Virus genome (UHGV): UHGV-1356910
DNA: 20,203 nucleotides
Origin: a virus
Direction: 5' to 3' (one strand)
Part shown: piece after piece, positions 8,287 through 17,196 of the stretch
Layout of the letters: each line of letters begins with the position of its first letter
How positions within the stretch are numbered: the first letter of the stretch is position 1
Notes under the pieces: model-generated
Database searches by the model: none
Told to the model about the DNA's origin: nothing
What the model saw: only the letters and a program-made list of their open reading frames with translations
Made by a program: the position numbers and the translations under genes

Positions 8287-8415
8287 CATATTCATATTTT
8301 TGTTATTCTTGTATGAAATCGTCTCATGTACACGGTCCTTTTTTCGCCGAAAACTGATATTACTTTAATCAAAAGTTGACATGCCAGATTCGAAGCAAAT
8401 TTATAAAATATCAAA

Positions 8416-8721
8416 TCAATATACATTTTGCACCTTCGATATAGTAATGGCCGTTACTGTAATATGAGTTACAAACAGCTTCATACCCAGAGCTACTGAT
8501 GTATCAACACGATTCAACAATACCCGATATTTATTCCATGCCTCCAGCAACGATCTTTCTTCCTCCGTTGCGATTTCCAGATCTACAGCATCCTGCAGTG
8601 GCGCAATATACTCACTGAATTCCTGGATGTAGAACTGTGTGGTGACGGTCTTCCAGCCATTCGGCTCCTGCTGTATCGAAGCATACCAGGCTATTTCAAT
8701 ATCGCTATGCTGCGGCAGCAT
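8416..8721 (-). pseudogene. Tail fibre assembly (Tfa) protein fragment: C-terminal half with an aberrant terminus
   Basis: Contains [37 protein letters not shown], then departs from the canonical ..TAPDIEWP.. ending. The N-terminal half of the family is missing and the methyltransferase gene lies where it would be. Confidence 0.6.
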
Positions 8722-8777
8722 TTAACCCCTTGTAATTCATCGCCATAATTGATTTAATTCATAAATAAAACTATAAC

Positions 8778-9446
8778 ATGGTGAAATTAATGAAAAAAAA
8801 CACAGATGATGGGGCTAAAATTTACACACCACTTACCCTAAAGCTTTATGACTGGTGGGTTTTGGGAGTATCAAATCGGCTTGCATGGGGATGTCCTACA
8901 AAGGAACACCTTCTTCCACACTTTCTGGAACATTTAGGTAACAACCATCTGGATATTGGTGTTGGAACTGGGTTTTACCTTACTCACGTACCTGAGAGTA
9001 GTCTGATATCTTTAATGGATTTGAACGAAGCTAGCCTGAACGCGGCATCTACAAGGGCAGGGGAATCAAAAATTAAACATAAAATTAGCCATGATGTTTT
9101 TGAACCTTATCCCGCGGCGTTACATGGTCAATTTGATTCCATTTCCATGTTTTACCTTCTTCACTGCCTGCCTGGAAATATATCTACAAAAAGCTGTGTA
9201 ATACGCAATGCGGCGCAGGCCTTAACTGACGATGGAACTCTATACGGAGCCACAATTCTTGGCGATGGAGTTGTGCACAATAGCTTCGGTCAAAAACTGA
9301 TGCGCATTTACAATCAGAAAGGCATCTTTTCAAACACAAAAGATTCCGAAGAAGGCTTAACACATATACTCTCAGAGCATTTCGAGAATGTTAAAACCAA
9401 GGTTCAAGGTACTGTAGTAATGTTTTCCGCTTCAGGGAAAAAATAG
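8778..9446 (+). CDS. Class I SAM-dependent methyltransferase (small-molecule/RNA type, not an obvious DNA MTase)
   Basis: Motif I LDIGVGTGFYL, about 220 aa. The more likely start is ATG 8790 after GGTGA. Its position between tfa remnants recalls the ybcY pseudogene context at the edge of E. coli K-12 DLP12 (memory, unverified). Confidence 0.8.
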   Translation: MVKLMKKNTDDGAKIYTPLTLKLYDWWVLGVSNRLAWGCPTKEHLLPHFLEHLGNNHLDIGVGTGFYLTHVPESSLISLMDLNEASLNAASTRAGESKIKHKISHDVFEPYPAALHGQFDSISMFYLLHCLPGNISTKSCVIRNAAQALTDDGTLYGATILGDGVVHNSFGQKLMRIYNQKGIFSNTKDSEEGLTHILSEHFENVKTKVQGTVVMFSASGKK

Positions 9447-9450
9447 CATC

Positions 9451-9488
9451 CAACCGCAGCACGTTCTTGCTTAAGACGTGCTGCGGCA
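9451..9488. repeat. Hairpin-containing direct repeat, copy 2 (CCAACCGCAGCACGTTCTTGCTTAAGACGTGCTGCGG)
   Basis: Perfect 11-bp stem. Lies immediately 3' of the tfa remnant on the - strand, where it could act as that gene's terminator. First 21 bp identical to copy 1. Confidence 0.6.
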
Positions 9489-9500
9489 TAATCCCAATGA

Positions 9501-9629
9501 TTACTCCCTGACAGGGTTCGTAGGCCACTCAATATCAGGTGCAGTTGATGTATCAACACGGTTCAGCAACACCCTGCATGCCTTCCATGCCGCCAGCAAT
9601 GATGTTTCCTCCTTCGTTGCATATACTGC
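9501..9629 (-). pseudogene. Tail fibre assembly (Tfa) 3' remnant with no start codon
   Basis: The - strand frame translates to ..[39 protein letters not shown], the canonical Tfa C-terminus. An in-frame stop lies 43 codons upstream and there is no in-frame start. Confidence 0.7.
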
Positions 9630-9638
9630 TCACCTTTT

Positions 9639-9932
9639 TCACCCACGATTAACCAACAGCCAGACCAGCAGACACGCCACCACCGGCACAGCAAAATCCA
9701 TCAGGCTTGCCACATCCCATGCACGTGGATCAAAACCGCCCCACCACGGCATGTTAATCCGCTTGCCATGCCCGAACATTTCAATCCAGCGATATTCTGC
9801 CTGGGTGTGTTCACGCGCAATGAAGAACGTACAACCGGCTATCGCCCCGTAAGCCCAGTTTCCGGTAAAAAGACCAGCCAGTACCTGCACCGCCACGGCA
9901 CAAAGCGCATGAAGTATCGACGTGATATCCAT
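9639..9932 (-). CDS. Small membrane protein (97 aa, two predicted transmembrane helices), function unknown
   Basis: ATG preceded by AGGA; hydrophobic segments at both ends of the product. Follows orf92 by 9 bp in the same orientation as stf. Confidence 0.6.
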   Translation of the reverse strand: MDITSILHALCAVAVQVLAGLFTGNWAYGAIAGCTFFIAREHTQAEYRWIEMFGHGKRINMPWWGGFDPRAWDVASLMDFAVPVVACLLVWLLVNRG

Positions 9933-9941
9933 CTGCTATCC

Positions 9942-10220
9942 TTAAAACCACTCCCTGAGCGGGCGCTCTGGTGTAACCACCCACTCACGGAACACGGAAT
10001 CATCAAATCCATCGTCAAGAAGACGGATATTAACAAAGTACCCTTCGTTTCGCGTGTATTCTGGTTCTCCGTCATCAGAAACATCTGTCTCCCTGAACGT
10101 AAAACCAATCTCATCAACCAGAACGGCATTCTGCAGCTCTTCGTCCTCTTCCCAGTTAAGTTTCCTGAGAAATGCCCTGAAATCTGCTTTATCACTGAAA
10201 CGCAACGTGAAATCTCTCAC
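9942..10220 (-). CDS. Small acidic protein (92 aa), function unknown; translationally coupled to stf
   Basis: GTG start overlaps the stf stop (GTGA) with a GGGGAGG Shine-Dalgarno 7 nt upstream. Product is strongly acidic (many D/E). Confidence 0.6.
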   Translation of the reverse strand: MRDFTLRFSDKADFRAFLRKLNWEEDEELQNAVLVDEIGFTFRETDVSDDGEPEYTRNEGYFVNIRLLDDGFDDSVFREWVVTPERPLREWF

Positions 10221-12280
10221 TCCACAACCTCCCCAAGCTGCGCATCTGTTAGCTCTTTATGCCAGAGACGAAAATTCCTCACATGCCCAAATAAATGGCG
10301 TAATCCTGCTGTAGTTTGTCCACCAATGCGAATGGTTGCTGTACTCCGGATATATTCCCATTTGGTTTTAGTTTCGCTGCTTAACTTACCGTTACTGACT
10401 ACACATGTGGACCGTTCGGACTTTACCCGCATACCAATAAGCATTTTTTTCAGCCCGGCATTTTCATTTATTCGTCGGTTTGAACCACCAATATCACAAT
10501 ACGGAAAACCGTCGTACCCACCTGATGAACCAAACCCCATTACGATCCCCGCATCTGCCTGATGCCGGTATGTGTCAAAAACACGTGGCGCTGCATTTGG
10601 CGTTTTATACCAGTTCTTATGTACCTCACAAAGAACCGTAAAAGGAAGATTATAAAGATTATTCTTAATCGGAACTGTAACCATATCGCTTGCCCGCGTT
10701 ACCGGTGCCGTCCCCGTAACAATAAAAGATGATGCGCCTGTACCAGCCTCAATCTGTGGAGTGGTTACATCGAGATAATCCCTTGATGCAACCATCTGCC
10801 CTGTATCCGGAGAATACTGGACAAAACCGCCAACCGTATTTTCTGTTGTATCTGCTTTTAATGTAGCCTCAAAAAATATCCAGCCAGTTGCATCATCCTT
10901 AACAGACCTTGCTGTAACACGGCTTGTCTGACCTGTCTTGCTAATTATGCGGGTGGTAAGGTTCAGGCTTGCTGCTCCTATTGATGTCCTTACCTCCCCA
11001 TCATAATGTTCAAATAAAATACGAACGGCGATATTATCAACTTCACTTTTTACCCGACAGGATATAGTTACATACTTTTCGTCCCCTGAAGTATCAACCC
11101 CTCCGGTACTCGAATACAGTCCGATAATGGTATGCGCTTTACTTGTACCAACAATCGAATCCTGTACGACAAACCGGCCATAATTAAACCCGAAACTATC
11201 TGTGCCTGTTTCTGTAACGTCCAGTGAAGTTGACTTATTCCACTTCGAAGGGTCTGTACTGTTCGGGAAGAAGTTCGTTCTTTGCCCCTCAATAAGCAGG
11301 CCATCACACTCAAATCGTGGCTCATTAATTTCCGCCGTTTTCAGTTCGCCAGATTTGTTGATATATGTTGCCGTTGATGCGCGACTGAAATTAACCTGTT
11401 TATCACTGGCAACCTGAACCACATTATCACCAATCTTCACTTTTTTATAACCCGGAGAATAGCCCGTAATCATATCCAGCGAATCATTAAAGGGTATCCA
11501 CACATCCGGCAGCGGCTGTAAAACATATCTGTACGGCTCTGCTGTCTGGTTTGCGTATTCTCTGGCAGCATCTTCACTTGCTTTTGCTGCCGTCTGGCTT
11601 GCTGCCGATGCTTTCGCCGAGTTCGCCGCCGCTGTTTCGCTCACCTTTGCGTTGGCTTCACTGTCTTTGGCATTCGTCTCACTGGTTTTCGCTGCCGTCT
11701 GGCTGGATTTTGCGTTTTTTTCGCTGGCCTTTGTGGCTGTCTCGCTATTTTTCGCGTTGGTTTCTGATTTTTTGGCTGCTGTCGCGGAGTTTGCCGATGC
11801 AGTCTGCGAGGCCGCTGCCGCCTGTGCGCTGTTAGCTGCATTCGTCTCTGATGTTTTCGCCGCATTCCTGGACGATGCCGCTGCTGTTTCTGATTTCTTT
11901 GCTGCCGCTGCGCTCTGAGAGGCGGCTTCAGCGTTGCGTGCCACCTCTTCCACCATCTTTTCAAAACGATACAGTGCCTCCGGACGAACATCATCTTCTG
12001 TTGCAGCGCCCAGAAAATCATTCAATGTCCCCGGCTTAGAATCCTCATACACGGTGATGGCCCCGGCATGTGAAGGCGGAAAACCTTCAACCAGCAGGAT
12101 AACGCTGTACTGGCCATACTCGACATCCATGCTGTAACGTCCGGCTTCATCCGGATTTTCTGAGGCCACCGTGTTCACCACAACCGTGGTGCTGTTACGT
12201 TTTGCTTTGAGCTGAATGGTGCAGTTCTGTATCGGTTTTCCTGCACCGTCTTTCAGCACGCCTGAAATCTGTACTGCCAT
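10217..12280 (-). CDS. stf: Side tail fibre protein (Stf-like) with an Ala-rich repeat shaft and a non-lambda C-terminal domain
   Basis: N-terminus MAVQISGVLKDGAGKPIQNCTIQLKA.. matches the lambda Stf N-terminal domain. The likely start is ATG 12280 after GGAG; the ORF-track start at 12286 is GTG. The C-terminus ends ..NFRLWHKELTDAQLGEVVE. Confidence 0.85.
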   Translation of the reverse strand: MAVQISGVLKDGAGKPIQNCTIQLKAKRNSTTVVVNTVASENPDEAGRYSMDVEYGQYSVILLVEGFPPSHAGAITVYEDSKPGTLNDFLGAATEDDVRPEALYRFEKMVEEVARNAEAASQSAAAAKKSETAAASSRNAAKTSETNAANSAQAAAASQTASANSATAAKKSETNAKNSETATKASEKNAKSSQTAAKTSETNAKDSEANAKVSETAAANSAKASAASQTAAKASEDAAREYANQTAEPYRYVLQPLPDVWIPFNDSLDMITGYSPGYKKVKIGDNVVQVASDKQVNFSRASTATYINKSGELKTAEINEPRFECDGLLIEGQRTNFFPNSTDPSKWNKSTSLDVTETGTDSFGFNYGRFVVQDSIVGTSKAHTIIGLYSSTGGVDTSGDEKYVTISCRVKSEVDNIAVRILFEHYDGEVRTSIGAASLNLTTRIISKTGQTSRVTARSVKDDATGWIFFEATLKADTTENTVGGFVQYSPDTGQMVASRDYLDVTTPQIEAGTGASSFIVTGTAPVTRASDMVTVPIKNNLYNLPFTVLCEVHKNWYKTPNAAPRVFDTYRHQADAGIVMGFGSSGGYDGFPYCDIGGSNRRINENAGLKKMLIGMRVKSERSTCVVSNGKLSSETKTKWEYIRSTATIRIGGQTTAGLRHLFGHVRNFRLWHKELTDAQLGEVVE
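11590..11935 (-). repeat. In-frame degenerate tandem repeats encoding the Ala/Ser/Thr/Asn-rich Stf shaft (..KTSETNA.. heptad-like units)
   Basis: Repetitive GC-rich codons generate several spurious antisense ORFs in this interval. Confidence 0.5.
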
Positions 12281-12290
12281 ATTCACTCCA

Positions 12291-12319
12291 CAAATAAAAA
12301 AGGCACCATTTCTGGCGCC
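12291..12319 (-). terminator. Rho-independent terminator between J and stf
   Basis: On the - strand: GGCGCCA, GAAA tetraloop, TGGTGCC (7-bp stem with one G-U pair) followed by TTTTTTATTT. Confidence 0.55.
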
Positions 12320-12338
12320 CGTATCTGGGTTATAAAAT

Positions 12339-15300
12339 TCAACTGATACTGATACCGGCTGTAGATTTCTTCATCACAACAACAAGAAGGTCGCTGATAC
12401 TGGTCGTTGGCGTCCAGTTATTAGCACCATATGAAGAAACATTGAAAGTCAGGGTGACATGGCCGTGTCCGGCAGGCATATCAATGACTGATGAAAATAC
12501 CCTGCTGACATCCGTCGCGGGTTGCTGAAAGATTTCCTGTCCGTTCTTCAGTACCTGCAGCTTACAGGTTGAATACCAGTATGACTGTTGGTTGTTGCTG
12601 TTGAAGTTTTCATGCTTACCCCCACGAAACAGAACGGGGGGGACTACTATCTGACGGTCAAAAGCCTGGTCATCGTACACAGTGACCGTTATTGTACCGC
12701 TGGCATAACTGCCATTTCTCGGAAAGGCTTTTCCCACCGTTTTGACAATATCACCTTCAATCTGGTTAGCTGACAGTTTTCCCAGAATCCGACAGTTCTG
12801 ATTAATCGTGACGTTGTTGAGCGTCCCGGAGTTCGCGTTCACGTTACCGCTGATATCCGCATTTTTCGCAGAAAGTCGACCATCAGGTGTCAGTGAAAAC
12901 GTTGGGGGATTGCCACCGCTGGTAATGGTGGGAGCCGTCAGATATTTCAGGAACACTTCGTTCATGAATATCTGATCGCCCTGCCCAACAAACATCGGCT
13001 TTGTGTTGCCATTCGCAGGATTAATCATCGCAATCCTGTCCGCCGCCAGCAGCACCTGACTCTGCATACCGTCAGGAGTATTCTCAACACCGGCACCAAT
13101 ACCCGCGATATAAAGGCGTCCGTCCTGCATCTGCTGCAGCTTCACAGCCCACATGCTGTTCAGGTTATTATTTGTATCAACCTGAACCTTCTGTATCTGC
13201 TGGATCGCTGCACTCTGGTCTTCCAGTTTCTTATTGACGGTCTGCGTGATTTCATTGCTGACACCCGTAATGGACGTCCTGATTTCAGCCAGGTCAGGCG
13301 CAAGCTGACCGTTATCAATCTGCGTCCACAACTCCTGAGCCAGATGGGTTTTCCCTATCTCTCCTTTGAAAAAATTCAGATAGCCGGATGCATCATCACT
13401 CGGCTGGCCAACAGCCTCCACAAATGCCGATTTGCCAACGGTGTTCACACTGCGGATGTAAAAATAATAATCATGGCCCGGTTTGATATTGATACTGGCG
13501 GCTATCCAGTACAGCGCCGTACCAAGATAGCGTGCTGTGGTTTCAACCTGCCTGATATCCGCAATCCGCTTTCCCGAGAACCAGAACTCAAACTGTACCG
13601 TCGGATCATAAACCGCAAGATGCGGCGTGGCGGTTATCTGAAAATACCCCGGTGTCAGCTCAATCTGCGACGGCGCTGCCGGTGCGGCAATCCGGAACGA
13701 TACCGATGCCGGATCGCCCTGCTGCCCCCACGCATTTACCGCCCGGACTGTCAGCCTGTAGTTCCCCAGCGCCAGTTGCCTGAAGCGGTATGTGGTTTCC
13801 GTCGTCCGGGCCATGCTGACCAGCCGCTCACTGCCGTCGTCCGCTGCCACGGTAAGGCGAAGCAGGAAGCTCACGCCCTTCACCACCTTCGGCGTGTCCC
13901 AGCGCGCCAGCACCTGATATTCCCCGCTGTCTGCAGTGACTTCGGCGGTCAGGTGCTGCACCGCTGGCGGCGTGACACCATTCACCGTGCCGCTCTGGTC
14001 GCCGTCAAAGTGCGCCCCGTTATCCACGATGGCTTCTTTTTCCGGTACATGCTGCACGGCGGTGATGGCATACGTACCGTCATCGTTCTCCCGGATACTC
14101 ACACAGCGGAACAGGCGCTGGCGCAGCGTCGGCAGCTTCAGCCCCCACACGCTGTATTCGGCAACGCCGTCAGGAACACGGCTCACTTTCACCTTCACGC
14201 CGTCGGTGACGGACTGGACCTCCACGCTGACCGGATTGCCATTTCCGTCAACCAGGCTTATCAGCGTGGTGCCGGAGGATGGCAGCATGATTTCACGGTC
14301 GAGCGTCAGTGTCCGCGCCTGGCTGTTCACCGCCAGCACGCGCCCGCCGGTGCTGATACCCGCATAGTCATCATCGCAGATTTCAATGACATCGCCCGGT
14401 ACATGGCGAAGCCCTTCTGCGCCCACGCTGAAGTCCACGGTCTGCGTTTCCAGCAGCTCCGTTTTAATCAGCCACAGCCCGGCGCGGTGTGCCTGCCCCC
14501 GACTGGTACAGCCAAAGGCATCCATCTTCGTGACGTTACGACCGTAACGGGCAATGGCCTGCGTGTCCTCCACAAGCTCTGTCGCCGTCTCCCAGCCGTT
14601 ATCCGGGTCAATCCAGTTCACCTCAACGGCATTATGGCGGTCCTTCAGGGCGCTGAAGCTGTAGCGGAACGGCGCGCCATCATCCGGCATCACCACATTA
14701 CTGCGGTTATAGGTCCACACCTTATCCGACGGTCGGTCCTGCACGAATGTCAGCGTCTGCCCGTTCCATACCGGCATACAGCGCATCGCCGAGCAAAAAT
14801 CACTGAGCACATCCCACGCCTTGCGCTGTGTGGTCAGGTACGCATTACAGGTGATGCGCGGCTCCGTGCCGCCAAAACCGTCCGGCACCGACTGGTCGCA
14901 ATTCTGGCCGATGACATACAGCGCCCATTTATCCACATCTGCCGCACCAAGACGTTTACCCATGCCGTAGCGCGGGTGGGTCAGCATATCCCACAGACAC
15001 CAGGCCATGTTGTTGCTGTATGCCGGTTTAAACGTCCCGTCCCAGATACCGATGTATTGCCGCGTCTGCGGGTTATAGTTCGACGGCACCTGCAGAATGC
15101 GCCCGCGAAGATGATAATTACGGCTCACCTGCTGGCTGCCGAACTGTTCCGAGTCCACCTGCACGCCGACCAGTGCCGTGTTCGGGTAGCACTGTTTCAC
15201 ATCGATGATTTCGGTGTATGACGACCAGAGCGTTTTGTTCTGCAGCTGGTCTGTGGTGCTGTCCGGTGTCATCCTGCGCATCCGGATATTGAACGGGCGC

Positions 15301-15821
15301 GGAGGCAGGTTATCCACCACCACCGAGGCCAGATACTGCGAGGTGGTTTTGCCCTTAATGGTGATGTCTTTTTCCGTCACCCAGCCACCGTTACGCTGTA
15401 TCTGAACCAGCAGGCGGACTTCCGATGGATTACGGTCCCCCTTTGAAGTGGTTTCCACCAGTGCCTGCACACCGAAGGTAAAGCGCAGACGGTCGATGTT
15501 TGCAGACGTAATGGTGTGGGTGATCGGCGTGTCATATTTCACTTCCGTACCCAGCACCGTCTCGGAACCGGAGGATTCAAATCCCTCCGGCGGTGTCTGC
15601 TCCTGCTCACCTGCCCGGAACACCACCGTGACGCCGGAGATGTTGGTATTTCCCTCACTGTCCAGCACCGGTGTACTGTTCAGCAGCACGCTTTTTAATC
15701 CATCCACCGGACCTTCTATCGGCCCTTCGCTGATGGCATCGATCACACTCAGCAACTGCGTGGACTTCAGGTTGTCCTTCGCTTCGCGCGGGGTATGCCC
15801 CTTACTGCTGCCTTTACCCAT
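12339..15821 (-). CDS. J: Tail tip / host specificity protein J (central tail fibre)
   Basis: 1160 aa; the N-terminal roughly two-thirds is near-identical to lambda gpJ as recalled, and the C-terminal roughly third diverges. Confidence 0.95.
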   Translation of the reverse strand: MGKGSSKGHTPREAKDNLKSTQLLSVIDAISEGPIEGPVDGLKSVLLNSTPVLDSEGNTNISGVTVVFRAGEQEQTPPEGFESSGSETVLGTEVKYDTPITHTITSANIDRLRFTFGVQALVETTSKGDRNPSEVRLLVQIQRNGGWVTEKDITIKGKTTSQYLASVVVDNLPPRPFNIRMRRMTPDSTTDQLQNKTLWSSYTEIIDVKQCYPNTALVGVQVDSEQFGSQQVSRNYHLRGRILQVPSNYNPQTRQYIGIWDGTFKPAYSNNMAWCLWDMLTHPRYGMGKRLGAADVDKWALYVIGQNCDQSVPDGFGGTEPRITCNAYLTTQRKAWDVLSDFCSAMRCMPVWNGQTLTFVQDRPSDKVWTYNRSNVVMPDDGAPFRYSFSALKDRHNAVEVNWIDPDNGWETATELVEDTQAIARYGRNVTKMDAFGCTSRGQAHRAGLWLIKTELLETQTVDFSVGAEGLRHVPGDVIEICDDDYAGISTGGRVLAVNSQARTLTLDREIMLPSSGTTLISLVDGNGNPVSVEVQSVTDGVKVKVSRVPDGVAEYSVWGLKLPTLRQRLFRCVSIRENDDGTYAITAVQHVPEKEAIVDNGAHFDGDQSGTVNGVTPPAVQHLTAEVTADSGEYQVLARWDTPKVVKGVSFLLRLTVAADDGSERLVSMARTTETTYRFRQLALGNYRLTVRAVNAWGQQGDPASVSFRIAAPAAPSQIELTPGYFQITATPHLAVYDPTVQFEFWFSGKRIADIRQVETTARYLGTALYWIAASINIKPGHDYYFYIRSVNTVGKSAFVEAVGQPSDDASGYLNFFKGEIGKTHLAQELWTQIDNGQLAPDLAEIRTSITGVSNEITQTVNKKLEDQSAAIQQIQKVQVDTNNNLNSMWAVKLQQMQDGRLYIAGIGAGVENTPDGMQSQVLLAADRIAMINPANGNTKPMFVGQGDQIFMNEVFLKYLTAPTITSGGNPPTFSLTPDGRLSAKNADISGNVNANSGTLNNVTINQNCRILGKLSANQIEGDIVKTVGKAFPRNGSYASGTITVTVYDDQAFDRQIVVPPVLFRGGKHENFNSNNQQSYWYSTCKLQVLKNGQEIFQQPATDVSRVFSSVIDMPAGHGHVTLTFNVSSYGANNWTPTTSISDLLVVVMKKSTAGISIS

Positions 15822-16464
15822 TCCTCACGCTCCATAAACGACAAAACCGCCCGTAGGCGGTTTCACATAAAACATTTTGCATCAGCGACTGGTCTGTGGT
15901 GCTGTCCGGTGTCATCCTGCGCATCCGGATATTGAACGGGCGCGGAGGCAGGTTATCCACCACCACCGAGGCCAGATACTGCGAGGTGGTTTTGCCCTTA
16001 ATGGTGATGTCTTTTTCCGTCACCCAGCCACCGTTACGCTGTATCTGAACCAGCAGGCGGACTTCCGATGGATTACGGTCCCCCTTTGAAGTGGTTTCCA
16101 CCAGTGCCTGCACACCGAAGGTAAAGCGCAGACGGTCGATGTTTGCAGACGTAATGGTGTGGGTGATCGGCGTGTCATATTTCACTTCCGTACCCAGCAC
16201 CGTCTCGGAACCGGAGGATTCAAATCCCTCCGGCGGTGTCTGCTCCTGCTCACCTGCCCGGAACACCACCGTGACGCCGGAGATGTTGGTATTTCCCTCA
16301 CTGTCCAGCACCGGTGTACTGTTCAGCAGCACGCTTTTTAATCCATCCACCGGACCTTCTATCGGCCCTTCGCTGATGGCATCGATCACACTCAGCAACT
16401 GCGTGGACTTCAGGTTGTCCTTCGCTTCGCGCGGGGTATGCCCCTTACTGCTGCCTTTACCCAT
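15814..16464 (-). pseudogene. Truncated duplicate of the J 5' region (J N-terminal fragment)
   Basis: The first ~190 residues are identical to the J N-terminus. The frame then runs across the duplication junction into the I-J spacer and stops at a TAA overlapping the J ATG. Confidence 0.7.
15843..15863 (-). other. GC hairpin in the I-J spacer (CCGCC-N4-GGCGG flanked by A/T runs), duplicated at 16486-16506
   Basis: On the - strand the hairpin is followed by TTTTGTCGTTTAT. Possible attenuator or processing site just upstream of the J Shine-Dalgarno. Confidence 0.4.
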
Positions 16465-16524
16465 TCCTCACGCTCCATAAACGACAAAACCGCCCGTAGG
16501 CGGTTTCACATAAAACATTTTGCA

Positions 16525-17196
16525 TCAGCGACCAATCACCACAACCTGACCACCGTCCCCTTCGTCTGCCGTGCTGATCTCCTGAGAAACCACGCGTGAC
16601 CCCACGCGCATTTCACCGTACAGAACAGGCAAAACATTGCCCTGGGCAACCATGTTATCCAGTGAAGAGAAATACGTGTTCTGCTTACCGTTATCCGTGC
16701 TGGTCGCTGTGGGCGTCCTGGCTTTCGGTACCAGCATCTGCGCCACACCACCGAGCACCATACTGGCACCGAGAGAAAACAGGATGCCGGTCATACCACC
16801 GGCCCCAATGGCTGCCCCCCATGCTGCAAGGGTGGCTCCGGCAGTAAAGAATGATCCGGCAATGGCGGCAGCTCCCAGGACAATCTGGAATACACCACCT
16901 GACTTGGCCCCGGCGACTCTGGGAACAATATGAATCACAGCGCCATCAGGCAGAGTCTCATGTAACTGCGCCGTTAATCCGGACGTGCTGACATCCCGCC
17001 CGGCAATCCGTACCTGATACCAGCCGTCGCTCAGTTTCTGACGAAACGCCGGGAGCTGTGTGGCCAGTGCGCGGATGGCTTCAGCCCCCGTTTTCACACG
17101 AAGATCGATGCGGCGGCCAAATCGTTGTAAATCCCCGTAAAGGCAGATGCGTGCCATGCCCGGTGACGCCAGAGGGAGTGTGTGCGTCGCTGCCAT
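16525..17196 (-). CDS. I: Tail tip assembly protein I
   Basis: 223 aa starting MAATHTLPLASPGMARICLYGDLQRFGRRIDL, near-identical to lambda gpI as recalled. Overlaps the 3' end of K as in lambda. Confidence 0.92.
   Translation of the reverse strand: MAATHTLPLASPGMARICLYGDLQRFGRRIDLRVKTGAEAIRALATQLPAFRQKLSDGWYQVRIAGRDVSTSGLTAQLHETLPDGAVIHIVPRVAGAKSGGVFQIVLGAAAIAGSFFTAGATLAAWGAAIGAGGMTGILFSLGASMVLGGVAQMLVPKARTPTATSTDNGKQNTYFSSLDNMVAQGNVLPVLYGEMRVGSRVVSQEISTADEGDGGQVVVIGR

Larger units (their letters stand above)
15246..16531. repeat. Perfect tandem direct duplication, 2 x 643 bp (15246-15888 and 15889-16531)
   Basis: Line-by-line comparison shows identity at a 643-bp offset. ORF-track pairs 15448..15837 / 16091..16480 and 15516..15698 / 16159..16341 are identical. 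The unit covers the I-J spacer, the J start and the first ~575 bp of J. Confidence 0.9.

Noticed and set aside
8416-9629. Invertible tail-fibre cassette (Gin/Pin/Cin-type) suggested by two alternative tfa ends
   Set aside because: Both tfa fragments are on the same strand, no invertase gene is present and no gix/hix-like inverted crossover sites were seen.
9478-10562. + strand ORFs 9478..9852, 9768..10562 and 10054..10314, and - strand 9839..10195
   Set aside because: They overlap the tfa relic, orf97, orf92 and the stf 3' end. The - strand operon has coupling and ribosome-binding-site evidence; these do not.
11551-12137. Several ORFs on both strands inside stf (11551..11835, 11641..12021, 11652..11918, 11851..12039, 11934..12137)
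   Set aside because: They are artefacts of the in-frame Ala-rich repeat tract of stf; the products are low-complexity poly-Ala/Arg/Leu.
13344-15221. 625-aa + strand ORF, plus smaller + strand ORFs at 13936..14367, 15205..15405, 15448..15837, 15516..15698, 16091..16480 and 16159..16341
   Set aside because: They lie entirely antisense within J or its duplicated fragment. Products are Arg/Cys/Pro-rich, typical of spurious antisense frames in GC-rich genes, with no ribosome-binding sites.
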